A program made the position numbers and the translations under genes. Shown here piece by piece: positions 1-8,954 of a DNA stretch of 34,376 nucleotides. Within the stretch, counting starts at the first letter, position 1. Each line of letters begins with the position of its first letter. This DNA comes from a virus (lineage: Duplodnaviria; Caudoviricetes): IMG/VR virus record IMGVR_UViG_3300014202_001531, positions 1-34,376 of that record. One strand, 5' to 3'. The notes below the pieces were generated by a model that was not told where the DNA came from, ran no database searches, and saw only the letters and a list, made by a program, of their open reading frames with translations.

Positions 1-2016
1 TCAAAAACAGACGTTCCCGGCCAGAATGTTGAACTTGTGGTAGAGATACGCCCGCCACGCCTGCGCATAGGTGGCCGTCGTCTCCACCGTGCTGAGAATC
101 CAGTCCTCGTCGTCGTTGGGCAGGTTGAAGAAGGCGTTGATCGTCTGGCGCAGCCAGCCAAAGCCCACCACGCCCAATGTGGGCGCTCCCCCTTGCCGCA
201 CGTGCGGGTCGAGGGCGTCCCAGACGAACGCCTGACTGCCAAAGTAGTCCGGGCGCACGATCTCCCCATCGATGGAGTGGATGCCGTTCACCGGCTGGCC
301 ATAGCCGCCCACCTGCACTTGACGCAGCACGCCCGCCACGGCGTCGGCCCTGTCCCGCCAGGTCTGACTGAGCAGATAGCGGTAGCCCAGAAGCGTCGTG
401 GCCACCAGCATCTGATTCGTGCGCAGGCTGCTGACGCGCTGGTCGCTGCCGATGACGGGCACGTTGTACATGGTGCAGCCCACCCCGGTGCGCCAGAAGC
501 GGTTCCACACCCAGTCCACCATGCTGATGGGCGTCACAGTGGACGGAGGGCCGCCCGGCACGCCCCACGGCCACGGGCTGGCGTAGCTGCGCCACGGGTC
601 GTTGTATTTAAGGAGAATGTGCATCGCCTGCGCCAGCAGTCCAAGCGGGTCCTGGCGCAGCACCCATGTGTAGCCGTCTTCCCAGACGCACACCTTCGAG
701 CGGTGGCTGAAGCCCCATCCCTGCGTTGCGCTGCGGGAAGCGTCGTAAGGCCAGTCCTGCGGACAGCCGTTGTTGCTGCGGGTGCAGTCGAAGTAAGTGG
801 GATTGAAGTCGGGCGTATGGAACATATACTCGTCGTGCAGGTTCAAGCCCCAGTGAAAGAGCGGGCTGTGAATGTCATAATCGACGTCCGGCCAAGCGCC
901 GTGGGCGATGAAGTTGCGCAGCTTCTGGCTGTCGGCGTCGTTGTGAAAGAGTTTGGCGGCAGGAATGTCCTCGGTGCGGAAGAAATACTTGTTTCCCCGT
1001 GCGCCCTGCCCCTTATAGGTTGACTGGTTAAAGACCCACCCTTCCGGTTTGGTGCGGTGATCGGCGATGATCTCCTGATTCTCCCAGTAGAGTTTGATCG
1101 GATACGCGCGGGTGTCGTTGGGGTGCTTCCCGTAGTAATAGACCTTGTGAATCACCTGGTCGCCGCTGGAATAGCGGCTGACGTAAAGCGCTGGCCAGGG
1201 CTGGCCGTCGCTCCAGGGCCCGATCTGCACCAGTGCGTTGAAGGTGGTGCGGTCGCGCAGGTCGATGCGGGCGAAGGTGAAAGAGGGAAAGACCAGCACG
1301 TAAGGCGCGCTGCTCAGATACCAGCGGAACTCGCTCCCGCAGTGACGCACATAGTCGCAGTTGCTCTGCGCGCCGGAGATGGTGTAGCCGGGCGGCACCT
1401 TCACCGTCAGCGGCCAGGCGTGATACATGCTGATGGCTCGATGGTTGCTGTCGTGGCCGCCGTTCGTGCGCGGCGCATTGCGCACCAGGTTGCGCACCCA
1501 GTTCGTGGCGTTGGTGATGATCTGCTGCGTCTCGGCGGAAGACGGCGGCGGTTGGGGAGAGGGTGTGGTGATGAGAGGCAGGTGCGCCTTGTAGACCGCA
1601 GACGCAGCCCGCCCGTCCATGCTCTCCCCGCCTGGCGTGGGCGTGGGCATGGGCGTAGGCGTCACCGGCGCAAAGGGGAGATGGGGCAGGGCGGCGGCGG
1701 GCACCACAACGGGAGGTTCAGGCGGGGACGGTGGGCGATGGCCGGGCATTGCGTTTGCAATACGCAGTTGGCGGCGCGCCGCTTCCGGGTGCAGCAGTCG
1801 GACTCCCTGCTGTCTGGCCTGTTCCGCCATCTGCCGTCTGGCTTCTTCGGGCAGCGGCGGCACAAAGGGAGTGAGGATGTCGTCGCCAGGGGGAAGCAGG
1901 GGCGGCGGCAAGGGCGACACAAAGCCCAGGCCGGACGAGCCGGTTGCCCCGATGACCGATACGGCGCTGGCGGCGGCGAGGCTGCCCAGAACAAAGCGGC
2001 GGCGTGAGTGCTGCAT
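1..2016 (-). CDS. Tat-signal exported protein with Pro-rich linker, unknown function (671 aa)
   Basis: ATG 2016 with AAGGAG RBS; MQHSRRRFVLGSLAAASA twin-arginine signal; PTPMPTPTP linker; YKAHLPLI motif; Trp/Tyr-rich globular remainder. Confidence 0.75.
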   Translation of the reverse strand: MQHSRRRFVLGSLAAASAVSVIGATGSSGLGFVSPLPPPLLPPGDDILTPFVPPLPEEARRQMAEQARQQGVRLLHPEAARRQLRIANAMPGHRPPSPPEPPVVVPAAALPHLPFAPVTPTPMPTPTPGGESMDGRAASAVYKAHLPLITTPSPQPPPSSAETQQIITNATNWVRNLVRNAPRTNGGHDSNHRAISMYHAWPLTVKVPPGYTISGAQSNCDYVRHCGSEFRWYLSSAPYVLVFPSFTFARIDLRDRTTFNALVQIGPWSDGQPWPALYVSRYSSGDQVIHKVYYYGKHPNDTRAYPIKLYWENQEIIADHRTKPEGWVFNQSTYKGQGARGNKYFFRTEDIPAAKLFHNDADSQKLRNFIAHGAWPDVDYDIHSPLFHWGLNLHDEYMFHTPDFNPTYFDCTRSNNGCPQDWPYDASRSATQGWGFSHRSKVCVWEDGYTWVLRQDPLGLLAQAMHILLKYNDPWRSYASPWPWGVPGGPPSTVTPISMVDWVWNRFWRTGVGCTMYNVPVIGSDQRVSSLRTNQMLVATTLLGYRYLLSQTWRDRADAVAGVLRQVQVGGYGQPVNGIHSIDGEIVRPDYFGSQAFVWDALDPHVRQGGAPTLGVVGFGWLRQTINAFFNLPNDDEDWILSTVETTATYAQAWRAYLYHKFNILAGNVCF

Positions 2017-2038
2017 AGAATCGTTCTCCTTACCTTTT

Positions 2039-4432
2039 TCAAATGAGTTGACGGACAGAAAAGGCGTCGGCCCGCAGGTCGCAGGCAGACCAGCCTTCCA
2101 TACGCAGAATGAAATAGACGGACTGGGCGCTGGCCGGGGCTGTCCAACCGTGCTGCACCCACGTCCAGCCCGGAAATGCGCCGATGACGGGCTGCGCATC
2201 TTCCCGGATGAGGTTGCCAATGCCGCCTGCATCGCTGTACCACTGGGCGACAAGCGCCACGTTGCCGCTGGCGACGCCCTGGAACCAGACGCCCAGTTCG
2301 TAGGCAGCGCCGGGAGTCGCCGCCGCCCACTGCGCTTTGGCTTCGATGCGGGACGAACCGTGAACCAGACGCAGCGACCGACTACCCGTGCGCGCCGTCC
2401 CGCTTGCCCAGGTTGCGCCGCTGAGCGTCCAGCCGTCCGGCGCAGCGCCGCCGCTCTCCAGTGAAGGGTTGGTCAGCAGGTTGGGGCCGCCGACCATGCG
2501 CAGCAGGGCGTCGTCGGCGTAGACATCGGTGGTGGGAGCCGCCGTGCAGCGGAAAGTCACGTCCGCCGCCTGCGCGCCAGCGGGGGCGCTGAAGTCGGCC
2601 TGCACCCGCACATAGCCTGCGGCGTAGTCGTAGACGCTGGACAGGGCGATCTTGCCTTCGCTCAGAACCAGCCAGCCGCCCGTCACCTGCCAGAAGCGCA
2701 GGGCAAGTTCGGTGAAGGCGTTGCCCGTGCCTTTGACGTAGGCCAGGAGCCGGTAGCGGGCGAAGGAGGCGGCGGGGAGAGGGTCTGACTTCCACTCGTG
2801 GAAGCCGCCCAGAATGCGCAGAGCCGTCGCCCCGTTGTACACATCCGCCGTTTCGACCAGCGCCCCATTGAACGCCACCCAGTTGGCGGGAGGGTTGCCG
2901 TCCACGTTCGGGTTGGCCAGCAGTTCGCCGCCCACTTCCACGCCGCTCTGCGCTTCCCAGGCCACCCGCGCCGTGGCCGCCACGGGCGCACCGGCGTCGA
3001 TGAGAAAGTTGGTCAGGTCGAGGGCGCTGATGAACGCCTGGCGCGCTTCGTAGTGGTGGGGCGTCAACTGCACGTAGAGGGGACGACCTTCCAGCCCGTG
3101 GGAGACGGCGGTGAACGACTGGCCGCTGGGGATGTAGGCCACGCCCCGGCTGCGAAAACGCTTGCCGTCTCGCATCCCGTCGATGCAGCGCAGCAGGTCA
3201 AGCCCCATGCACTCGCCGCCGTCGATGTCGGCATGGGCGATGCTCACATTGGCGTCGGCGCTGTCGATTCCCCCTGCGTCCAGGGCGATGTTCCCGCTCA
3301 TGGCGGCGGTGAGGCTGTCGATGGAAATGTTGCGATTCTGTCCACGGGCGAATTTGACCTGCGCCGCCTGGTTCTCCAGACAGTGGAGGTTGCCGATGCG
3401 CACGTCGTGGATGTACCCGTTGAACAGGACGCCGTACTCAGCGTTGACCCAGGCGAAGATGTGGTTGAAACTCAGTTCCTTGACGCTGCTGCTGGCGCTC
3501 CCCTGAATCCACACGCCGTTGCCTGAACCGGCCACCCAGACCCTATCCACAAAGAGCCGCTTCACTTGCTCGCCCACATACAAGGCTTGCGCGTAGGCGT
3601 TGTCGAGCAAAACCTGGCTGAACCAGACTTCCACCAACCCCTGCAAGTCGAGATTGACCAGACAGTCCAGCACTTCCACCCGGTTGAACATCAACCCGCC
3701 GAAGATGGTGCCTGCGCTTGGGTACAGGCCGATCACCAGCCCGCTGCCTGTCGCCCATTCGACCGTAGAGGGTCCCTTGATGAAAGTGCTGTCGAAATAG
3801 TTGTCCCCCACTTCGGCTTTGATGACCAGCCCTTCGTGGCGCACGATGTTGAGGCGGATGCTGGCGAAGACGTTTTCGTAGGCGCGGCGCGTCAGCCCCC
3901 ACAGCGCCATGCCCCGGTGATAGTCCCAGACGAAGATGTCTGCGAAGTAGCAGCCGTTCACTCCATCCAGGTAGACGGCCTCAGCGGTGGTGGTGCGCCG
4001 GTCTGTGTCTTCGATGTGCAGCGTGCCGTAGACGCACCACCAGTCGATGTCCACGGCCTGGATGATGCGGTTGTCGCCGGTGGGTCGAAAGACTGCATGG
4101 AACGGGAGAGACCAGGACTGGCGCGCCAGGGGAAGCAGGGGCGCAGAAAGCCAGTAGTCGCCGGTGCGGAAGGCCAGCACGCCCCCCACGCCCGCCAGGT
4201 CGATGGCCTGCTGGATGACGGCGGCATGGTCAGCCCCCCGCAGAATCAGCTTGCCGGTCAGCCCGTCGTGCGCGTGACATTCAGCGCCGACGATGGAGAG
4301 AACGTAGTGGGCCGACGAGGGAGGGCCGCCCACGGCCAGCACGCTTCTGCCCCCGCCGTTCGTCTCGGTCATCCAGCGGGTGACGTAGGGTTTGAGGGAG
4401 TCGGCCAGTTGGGAGGGCGTCAAGGGCTGCAT
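2039..4432 (-). CDS. Tailspike/receptor-binding protein: pectate-lyase-like beta-helix plus two C-terminal CBM4/9-like domains
   Basis: DHAAVIQQAIDLAGVGGVLAFRTGDY beta-helix start; beta-rich repeats; ELLANPNVDG..NW and NLLTNPSLESGGAAPDGW CBM-like starts; last tail gene. Confidence 0.8.
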   Translation of the reverse strand: MQPLTPSQLADSLKPYVTRWMTETNGGGRSVLAVGGPPSSAHYVLSIVGAECHAHDGLTGKLILRGADHAAVIQQAIDLAGVGGVLAFRTGDYWLSAPLLPLARQSWSLPFHAVFRPTGDNRIIQAVDIDWWCVYGTLHIEDTDRRTTTAEAVYLDGVNGCYFADIFVWDYHRGMALWGLTRRAYENVFASIRLNIVRHEGLVIKAEVGDNYFDSTFIKGPSTVEWATGSGLVIGLYPSAGTIFGGLMFNRVEVLDCLVNLDLQGLVEVWFSQVLLDNAYAQALYVGEQVKRLFVDRVWVAGSGNGVWIQGSASSSVKELSFNHIFAWVNAEYGVLFNGYIHDVRIGNLHCLENQAAQVKFARGQNRNISIDSLTAAMSGNIALDAGGIDSADANVSIAHADIDGGECMGLDLLRCIDGMRDGKRFRSRGVAYIPSGQSFTAVSHGLEGRPLYVQLTPHHYEARQAFISALDLTNFLIDAGAPVAATARVAWEAQSGVEVGGELLANPNVDGNPPANWVAFNGALVETADVYNGATALRILGGFHEWKSDPLPAASFARYRLLAYVKGTGNAFTELALRFWQVTGGWLVLSEGKIALSSVYDYAAGYVRVQADFSAPAGAQAADVTFRCTAAPTTDVYADDALLRMVGGPNLLTNPSLESGGAAPDGWTLSGATWASGTARTGSRSLRLVHGSSRIEAKAQWAAATPGAAYELGVWFQGVASGNVALVAQWYSDAGGIGNLIREDAQPVIGAFPGWTWVQHGWTAPASAQSVYFILRMEGWSACDLRADAFSVRQLI

Positions 4433-4433
4433 C

Positions 4434-6401
4434 TCACCCGCTCCTGAAAAAGGTCAGCGCGCTGCGCGCGGAGCGAGGGGTGAGGTTCAGCTTGCGCCGC
4501 TGCACGTTGTAGGACGCCGATTGGACGAAGATGGGAGAGATGCGCCAGGAACTGTTGATGTCTTCCGGCACGCCCGCCAGCGTCACCCACTGGGCGACGG
4601 GCAAGCGTCCTTCGTCCCATCGGGAACCGCTGGCGTCGTGGAGTCTGCCATCCTGGTGCAGCACCGGCGCAGAGAGTTCGGCAAGCGTCGGTTCGGGAGA
4701 GACGGTCAGCCTGTTCTGTTCGTCCACCAGGGCGATGAGGCGCTGTCCGCCTGACGCGCCCAGGTCAATCAACTTGTTCAGTTCCTGCAAGGCCGTGGCG
4801 TCGTTGTCGGTGAACTGGCAGCGGTTGACGCCGGTGGGGGCGCAGTCCAGGGCAGTGACGAACGACTGGCCGCACTGGTCGATGATGCGGGACATGGAGA
4901 CGCTGGCGTCTTCGGTGTCATGGAGAGAGAAGGGAATGGAGAGGGGCGAGCCGTCTCTGGTCAGAGAGACCCACGAACTGCCGTTCCAGCCTTTGGCGGA
5001 ATGATAGGGTTGGTCGCTCAGACCGAGTTCGTAGTAGTCGATGGGGCTGAATGCGCCCGTCCGTTCGACTTTGAGCCAGTAGGTTGCGCCTGCGCTCAGG
5101 ACGACAGGCGGCAGGTCAATCCAGATTTCGGCGGGCTGTTCGTCAAGGTAACTGCTGCTGAGCACGCCCGTCCCAAGCACTGCGCCAGGAACACCCGCGC
5201 TGTCGCTGCACAAAGAGACGGAAAGCGAATCGGCGGGCGAGCCGACTTTGGCGAGGCGCAGGGCGACCTTGCCTGCCGTCATGGAGATGGGAGAGACGAA
5301 CGATTGGGCGCAGACGCAGCCGACAAGGGTGAGGGTGACGGATGCGCCGGGCAGTTCATCGTAGGCGCTTTCATTGACGGCGATGCGTGCGCCCTGGCGC
5401 AGCGTAATCCACGGCCCAGCCGCTTCGGTGACGATTGGGTGGGAGAGGGTGGTGCGAATCTCAAGCTGGCTGTTGCTTGGCTTGTTCTTCACCCAGTGGA
5501 AGCCGGAGTTGGCGGGCGAGCCGGTCACTTGGATGAAGGCGCTTCGGTCGAGGCTGGTGAACCCGTCAGCGGAGTCGAGAATGTCGTCGGCGGGGTCGAA
5601 GGAGATGGTGGCGGCGCTGTACTCTGCTTCGTCGGCGTCCACCTGCTTGACGGTGCGCGCACCGTTGTTGGAAGCCGAGCCGGTGACGACGATGGAATCG
5701 CCCGCTTGCAGCCCATCGACGGTGTTGCCCAGATGGAAGACGCCTTCATTGCGGAAGAAGCCGATTTCTGTGCTGGTCAGCCGCCAACCCAGGGAGATCG
5801 TCTCTCCGCCTGACGGTTCGTTGCGAATGCGCCCGTTGAGGTTGGTGAAGTACTTCCAGTCGAGCGTCTGGTACAGGCCGATGCAGCGCACCGTGGCATT
5901 GGCGGTTGGGGTGAGAGTGGGCGTCCCTACCGGCCATGCCAGCCCCGCCAGCAGTTCGGCGCGCTTGGCCAGCGCCTGTTCGGTGGAGGCGTCGCCAGCG
6001 GAGAAGCGCAGTTCTTTGACGCCGAACAGCGTCTGGCTTTCCAGGTCATCGAGCCAGTCAGTGGTCATGGGGATGGAAGCGCCGGTGGGATTGATCACCG
6101 AGTAGACCACGGCGATGCGGTTGGCCATGTCGGTGAGGGATGCGCCCACGGCGAAGCCGCCGAAGCCCAACGTCAGTTCGGACGCCATTCCCCGCCAGAC
6201 CATGCGCCCGATGGGATTGAGGATAGCCAGCGTCTTGCCGAGCCAGGGGAGAAGCTGCCAGAGCGCCAGGGGTTGGCCTGTGACGGAGAGTTCGGCGCTG
6301 TCGAAGCCGCCCCGGTCAGTGGCGGAGTATTGGTTGACCGTCACCTTGCAGGCGGGTGGAATGGCGACGTTGAGATCGTCAAAGGCGATGGTAAAGGTCA
6401 T
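4434..6401 (-). CDS. Tail tip/baseplate hub (Tal-like) protein with inserted beta domains
   Basis: ATGA overlap with upstream gene; hub-like N-terminus (GGFDSAELSV..MVWRG..NRIAVVYS..SQTLFGVKE); position. Confidence 0.65.
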   Translation of the reverse strand: MTFTIAFDDLNVAIPPACKVTVNQYSATDRGGFDSAELSVTGQPLALWQLLPWLGKTLAILNPIGRMVWRGMASELTLGFGGFAVGASLTDMANRIAVVYSVINPTGASIPMTTDWLDDLESQTLFGVKELRFSAGDASTEQALAKRAELLAGLAWPVGTPTLTPTANATVRCIGLYQTLDWKYFTNLNGRIRNEPSGGETISLGWRLTSTEIGFFRNEGVFHLGNTVDGLQAGDSIVVTGSASNNGARTVKQVDADEAEYSAATISFDPADDILDSADGFTSLDRSAFIQVTGSPANSGFHWVKNKPSNSQLEIRTTLSHPIVTEAAGPWITLRQGARIAVNESAYDELPGASVTLTLVGCVCAQSFVSPISMTAGKVALRLAKVGSPADSLSVSLCSDSAGVPGAVLGTGVLSSSYLDEQPAEIWIDLPPVVLSAGATYWLKVERTGAFSPIDYYELGLSDQPYHSAKGWNGSSWVSLTRDGSPLSIPFSLHDTEDASVSMSRIIDQCGQSFVTALDCAPTGVNRCQFTDNDATALQELNKLIDLGASGGQRLIALVDEQNRLTVSPEPTLAELSAPVLHQDGRLHDASGSRWDEGRLPVAQWVTLAGVPEDINSSWRISPIFVQSASYNVQRRKLNLTPRSARSALTFFRSG

Positions 6402-7735
6402 AGCAGCGTCCTCCGGGGTCTGTACCACGCCTGCACGGAGACTGACCAGGACGGCAGTTGGCCTGACCCGTCATGCAGAAAGAGAAGGCGCTGGTCAACG
6501 CCCGGCCACACATGCACCGGCTCACTGCGGGCGATGTAGATGGGATAGCGCAGGCTGGTGAGGCCGTCTTCGTAGTAGGTGAGACCTTCGATACCGTCGT
6601 CCACCACGGCGTCGCCGACCGGCGTCTGATAGCCCAGTTGAATGAGTTTGCGGTAGAGCATGGGTTCCGTGGGCGTCAGTTGGATGAAGTCGAGATCGAT
6701 GGTTTCGGAGGTTGGGACGTTGACGGCCAGTTCGAGAACATGCACCGCCCAGTTGGTGGAGTAGTCGGCTGCCGGGAAGGGCAGCGCGCCGCAGTCTTGG
6801 ATGTACTCGTGGCCTCCCCGCAGCACGGTTTGCGGGCTTTGGGCGAGGGGAAACAGCCCGGCGAAATCGTAGAGGGTGACGCGTGCGTCACGGGGCGACG
6901 TGCTCAGCCAGCGGAAGCGGGCAAGGATGCGCACGTAGCGGCCAGCAAAGAGGTCGAGGGTGGTGGGCGGCATCTCCCAGCGAAAGGTGAGCCAGCCGAC
7001 CGCCGTTCTGCTTCTGTACTGTCCGTTCGAGCAGGCGGCGTCCGAGCCGGTCGTCCCGTACCCGCTGAGAGCCGCCTCTCCTTCGATGATGTGGGCGAGG
7101 GACGGACTGTATGGGTTGTTGGAAATGTGCCAGTGGCGGTACCAGCGGGCAGCGCCGGAGGCGTTGGTCATTTTCACTTCGAGGGGAGCGGGGAGCGAGC
7201 CGGTGATGGACGAGGCGGCTATCTCGCACCAGTTGTCGTCGCCTGCGCCGGAATCGTTGTGATTGCGCACCAGCAGGCCGGTGAGAATGTTCGAGCCGTT
7301 GCCGTTGGAAAGGGGGATGGCGGTTCTGGCCCCTTCCCAGTAAGGGCGGCGGGTGACGATCAATTTGACGCCCAGGGTAAGTTGATGCAAGGCGACGGCG
7401 GCGTCATCGTCCAGGATGAGGCGATAGCCGAGCAGTTCGCTGCGATAGGGGGCGGCGTCGCCCCCGGCTTGGAAGTGCAGGTAGGCTTTTGCGCCGGTTC
7501 CGGTGAGCAGTCGTTGGTTGACCACGGAGAGAATGCGTTCGATTTGATTCAGTTTCGTCTGCACGGCGGCGGCGTCTGCGCCGGTGATGACGAATTCGAC
7601 CGGTTCGGTGATATGTTTGAAGTCGCCAGCGGCGGTCAGTTCCGGCCCGTTGGGGACGTAATGGGTGAGAAAGCAGCCGGAGGAAGACAGGCTGATGGAC
7701 GCTGCGCCGCTGCTGAGACTGAGTGCGTGGGTCAT
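6398..7735 (-). CDS. Distal tail (Dit-like) protein with probable carbohydrate-binding insertion
   Basis: Downstream of tape measure; RPYWEG and C-terminal WYRPR motifs typical of Dit-like proteins. Confidence 0.6.
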   Translation of the reverse strand: MTHALSLSSGAASISLSSSGCFLTHYVPNGPELTAAGDFKHITEPVEFVITGADAAAVQTKLNQIERILSVVNQRLLTGTGAKAYLHFQAGGDAAPYRSELLGYRLILDDDAAVALHQLTLGVKLIVTRRPYWEGARTAIPLSNGNGSNILTGLLVRNHNDSGAGDDNWCEIAASSITGSLPAPLEVKMTNASGAARWYRHWHISNNPYSPSLAHIIEGEAALSGYGTTGSDAACSNGQYRSRTAVGWLTFRWEMPPTTLDLFAGRYVRILARFRWLSTSPRDARVTLYDFAGLFPLAQSPQTVLRGGHEYIQDCGALPFPAADYSTNWAVHVLELAVNVPTSETIDLDFIQLTPTEPMLYRKLIQLGYQTPVGDAVVDDGIEGLTYYEDGLTSLRYPIYIARSEPVHVWPGVDQRLLFLHDGSGQLPSWSVSVQAWYRPRRTLL

Positions 7736-7750
7736 GGGCGGGCTGCCTCT

Positions 7751-8551
7751 CTAGCGGCGGCGCAGGGTGATCATCTCTGCGCCTGCATCGCTCATGGAGA
7801 GTTGGGCGAAGTTGAAGGCGGCGGGCAGGGATGCGCCCCGCGCCAGTTGTTCGTAGAACATGCGGGCGAAGGCAATGGCGTCTTCGTCTCGCAGTTGGCT
7901 GGAGACGGCGACGACGGCGGGAATGCCAGCCCCCAGCAGCGCGTCGGCCACGTTGTAGCGACCGGCTTCGTTGGTGGAGCAGGCGAGCAGCACCATGCAG
8001 AGGATGTTGCCGCTCTGCCGCTGAAACGCTCTTGCCCACCAGCCGGGCGACGCTTCGCCGTCAGTGAGGAAGATAGAGCCTTCTTGTCCGTGGGAGCCGA
8101 CCTGCACCACATCGAACTGCTGGCGTTCCAGGGTGCGCAGCACGCCGTTGCGCGTGGCGTCGTCCCCGCGCAGGACGGTGAACGACACCAGCGTGTCGTA
8201 GAGAATGCGCCGTTCGTCCTCTTGACCGGAGAGGGGCATACTGGTCAGCGGCCAGATGGCCAGCACCCGCAGGGTTTCAGCGGGCAGGGGACGGGAATTC
8301 TGGCTGGCGCGCAGGGCGTTCACTTCCCGCTGAAGTTCCACGATCTGCGCGTTGGCCGCTTGCAGTTGGTTGAGGAGGAACTGCACTTGACTCTCCAGTT
8401 CTTTCACTCTGTCCAGCAGCATCTGGCGCTCCGAGGGGACGGTGTTCACCCCGAACTGTCGGTCTCTGGCGTACTTGTCCAGCGCATGAAGGAAGGCCGT
8501 TGCGCCGACTGCTGCGCCGACCGCCATGAGCAGAACCGACATTTCGCTCAT
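7751..8551 (-). CDS. Membrane-anchored CHAT-domain (caspase-like, clan CD) protease: hydrophobic helix, coiled coil, CHAT (266 aa)
   Basis: ATG 8551 overlaps upstream TGA; heptads LLDRVKELESQVQFLLNQLQAANAQIVELQREVNAL; FDVVQVGSHG (His), MVLLACST (Cys), GIPAVVA, AIAFARMFYEQLARGASLPAAF. Confidence 0.85.
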   Translation of the reverse strand: MSEMSVLLMAVGAAVGATAFLHALDKYARDRQFGVNTVPSERQMLLDRVKELESQVQFLLNQLQAANAQIVELQREVNALRASQNSRPLPAETLRVLAIWPLTSMPLSGQEDERRILYDTLVSFTVLRGDDATRNGVLRTLERQQFDVVQVGSHGQEGSIFLTDGEASPGWWARAFQRQSGNILCMVLLACSTNEAGRYNVADALLGAGIPAVVAVSSQLRDEDAIAFARMFYEQLARGASLPAAFNFAQLSMSDAGAEMITLRRR

Positions 8552-8949
8552 TCGTTCACCGCCATGCGCAGGTAGATCCAGGCGCAGAGGAGAGCCAGGC
8601 CCGGATAGACCGCCATTGCCGTTGAGCGCCATTGGGCGACGTAGGCGAAGGAGAGCAGCACGAAGAAGGCGAATTCGGCGGCGACGACAAGGCGTCTGCG
8701 CCGGAGCAGGGTGTCGCTGCGCCGGTTGAGGCGGGTCAGCAGGGTGAGGTGCAGGAGGCCGAGGATGCAGGCGGCTGCGCCCAACATGGATTCTGGGGCG
8801 AGCGTGCTCAGCCCGGAATGAAACGGGGAAGCGGCGTCCCAGAGGGGGTTGCCGACCCAGACGCCCCACCAGAGGAGCGTTGAGGCGACGATCACTTCCG
8901 GGCTGAGCGTCGTTGGACGGCCGTAGACCATCACGGCGAGACGGTGCAT
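8548..8949 (-). CDS. Small integral membrane protein, about 4 TM segments (holin-like)
   Basis: 133 aa, four hydrophobic segments, Arg-rich loop; starts 5 nt after tape measure stop. Confidence 0.7.
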   Translation of the reverse strand: MHRLAVMVYGRPTTLSPEVIVASTLLWWGVWVGNPLWDAASPFHSGLSTLAPESMLGAAACILGLLHLTLLTRLNRRSDTLLRRRRLVVAAEFAFFVLLSFAYVAQWRSTAMAVYPGLALLCAWIYLRMAVNE

Positions 8950-8954
8950 CTGAC

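Noticed and set aside
1-4432. Diversity-generating retroelement target in the tailspike or terminal gene
   Set aside because: No reverse transcriptase and no TR/VR repeat pair noticed in the window
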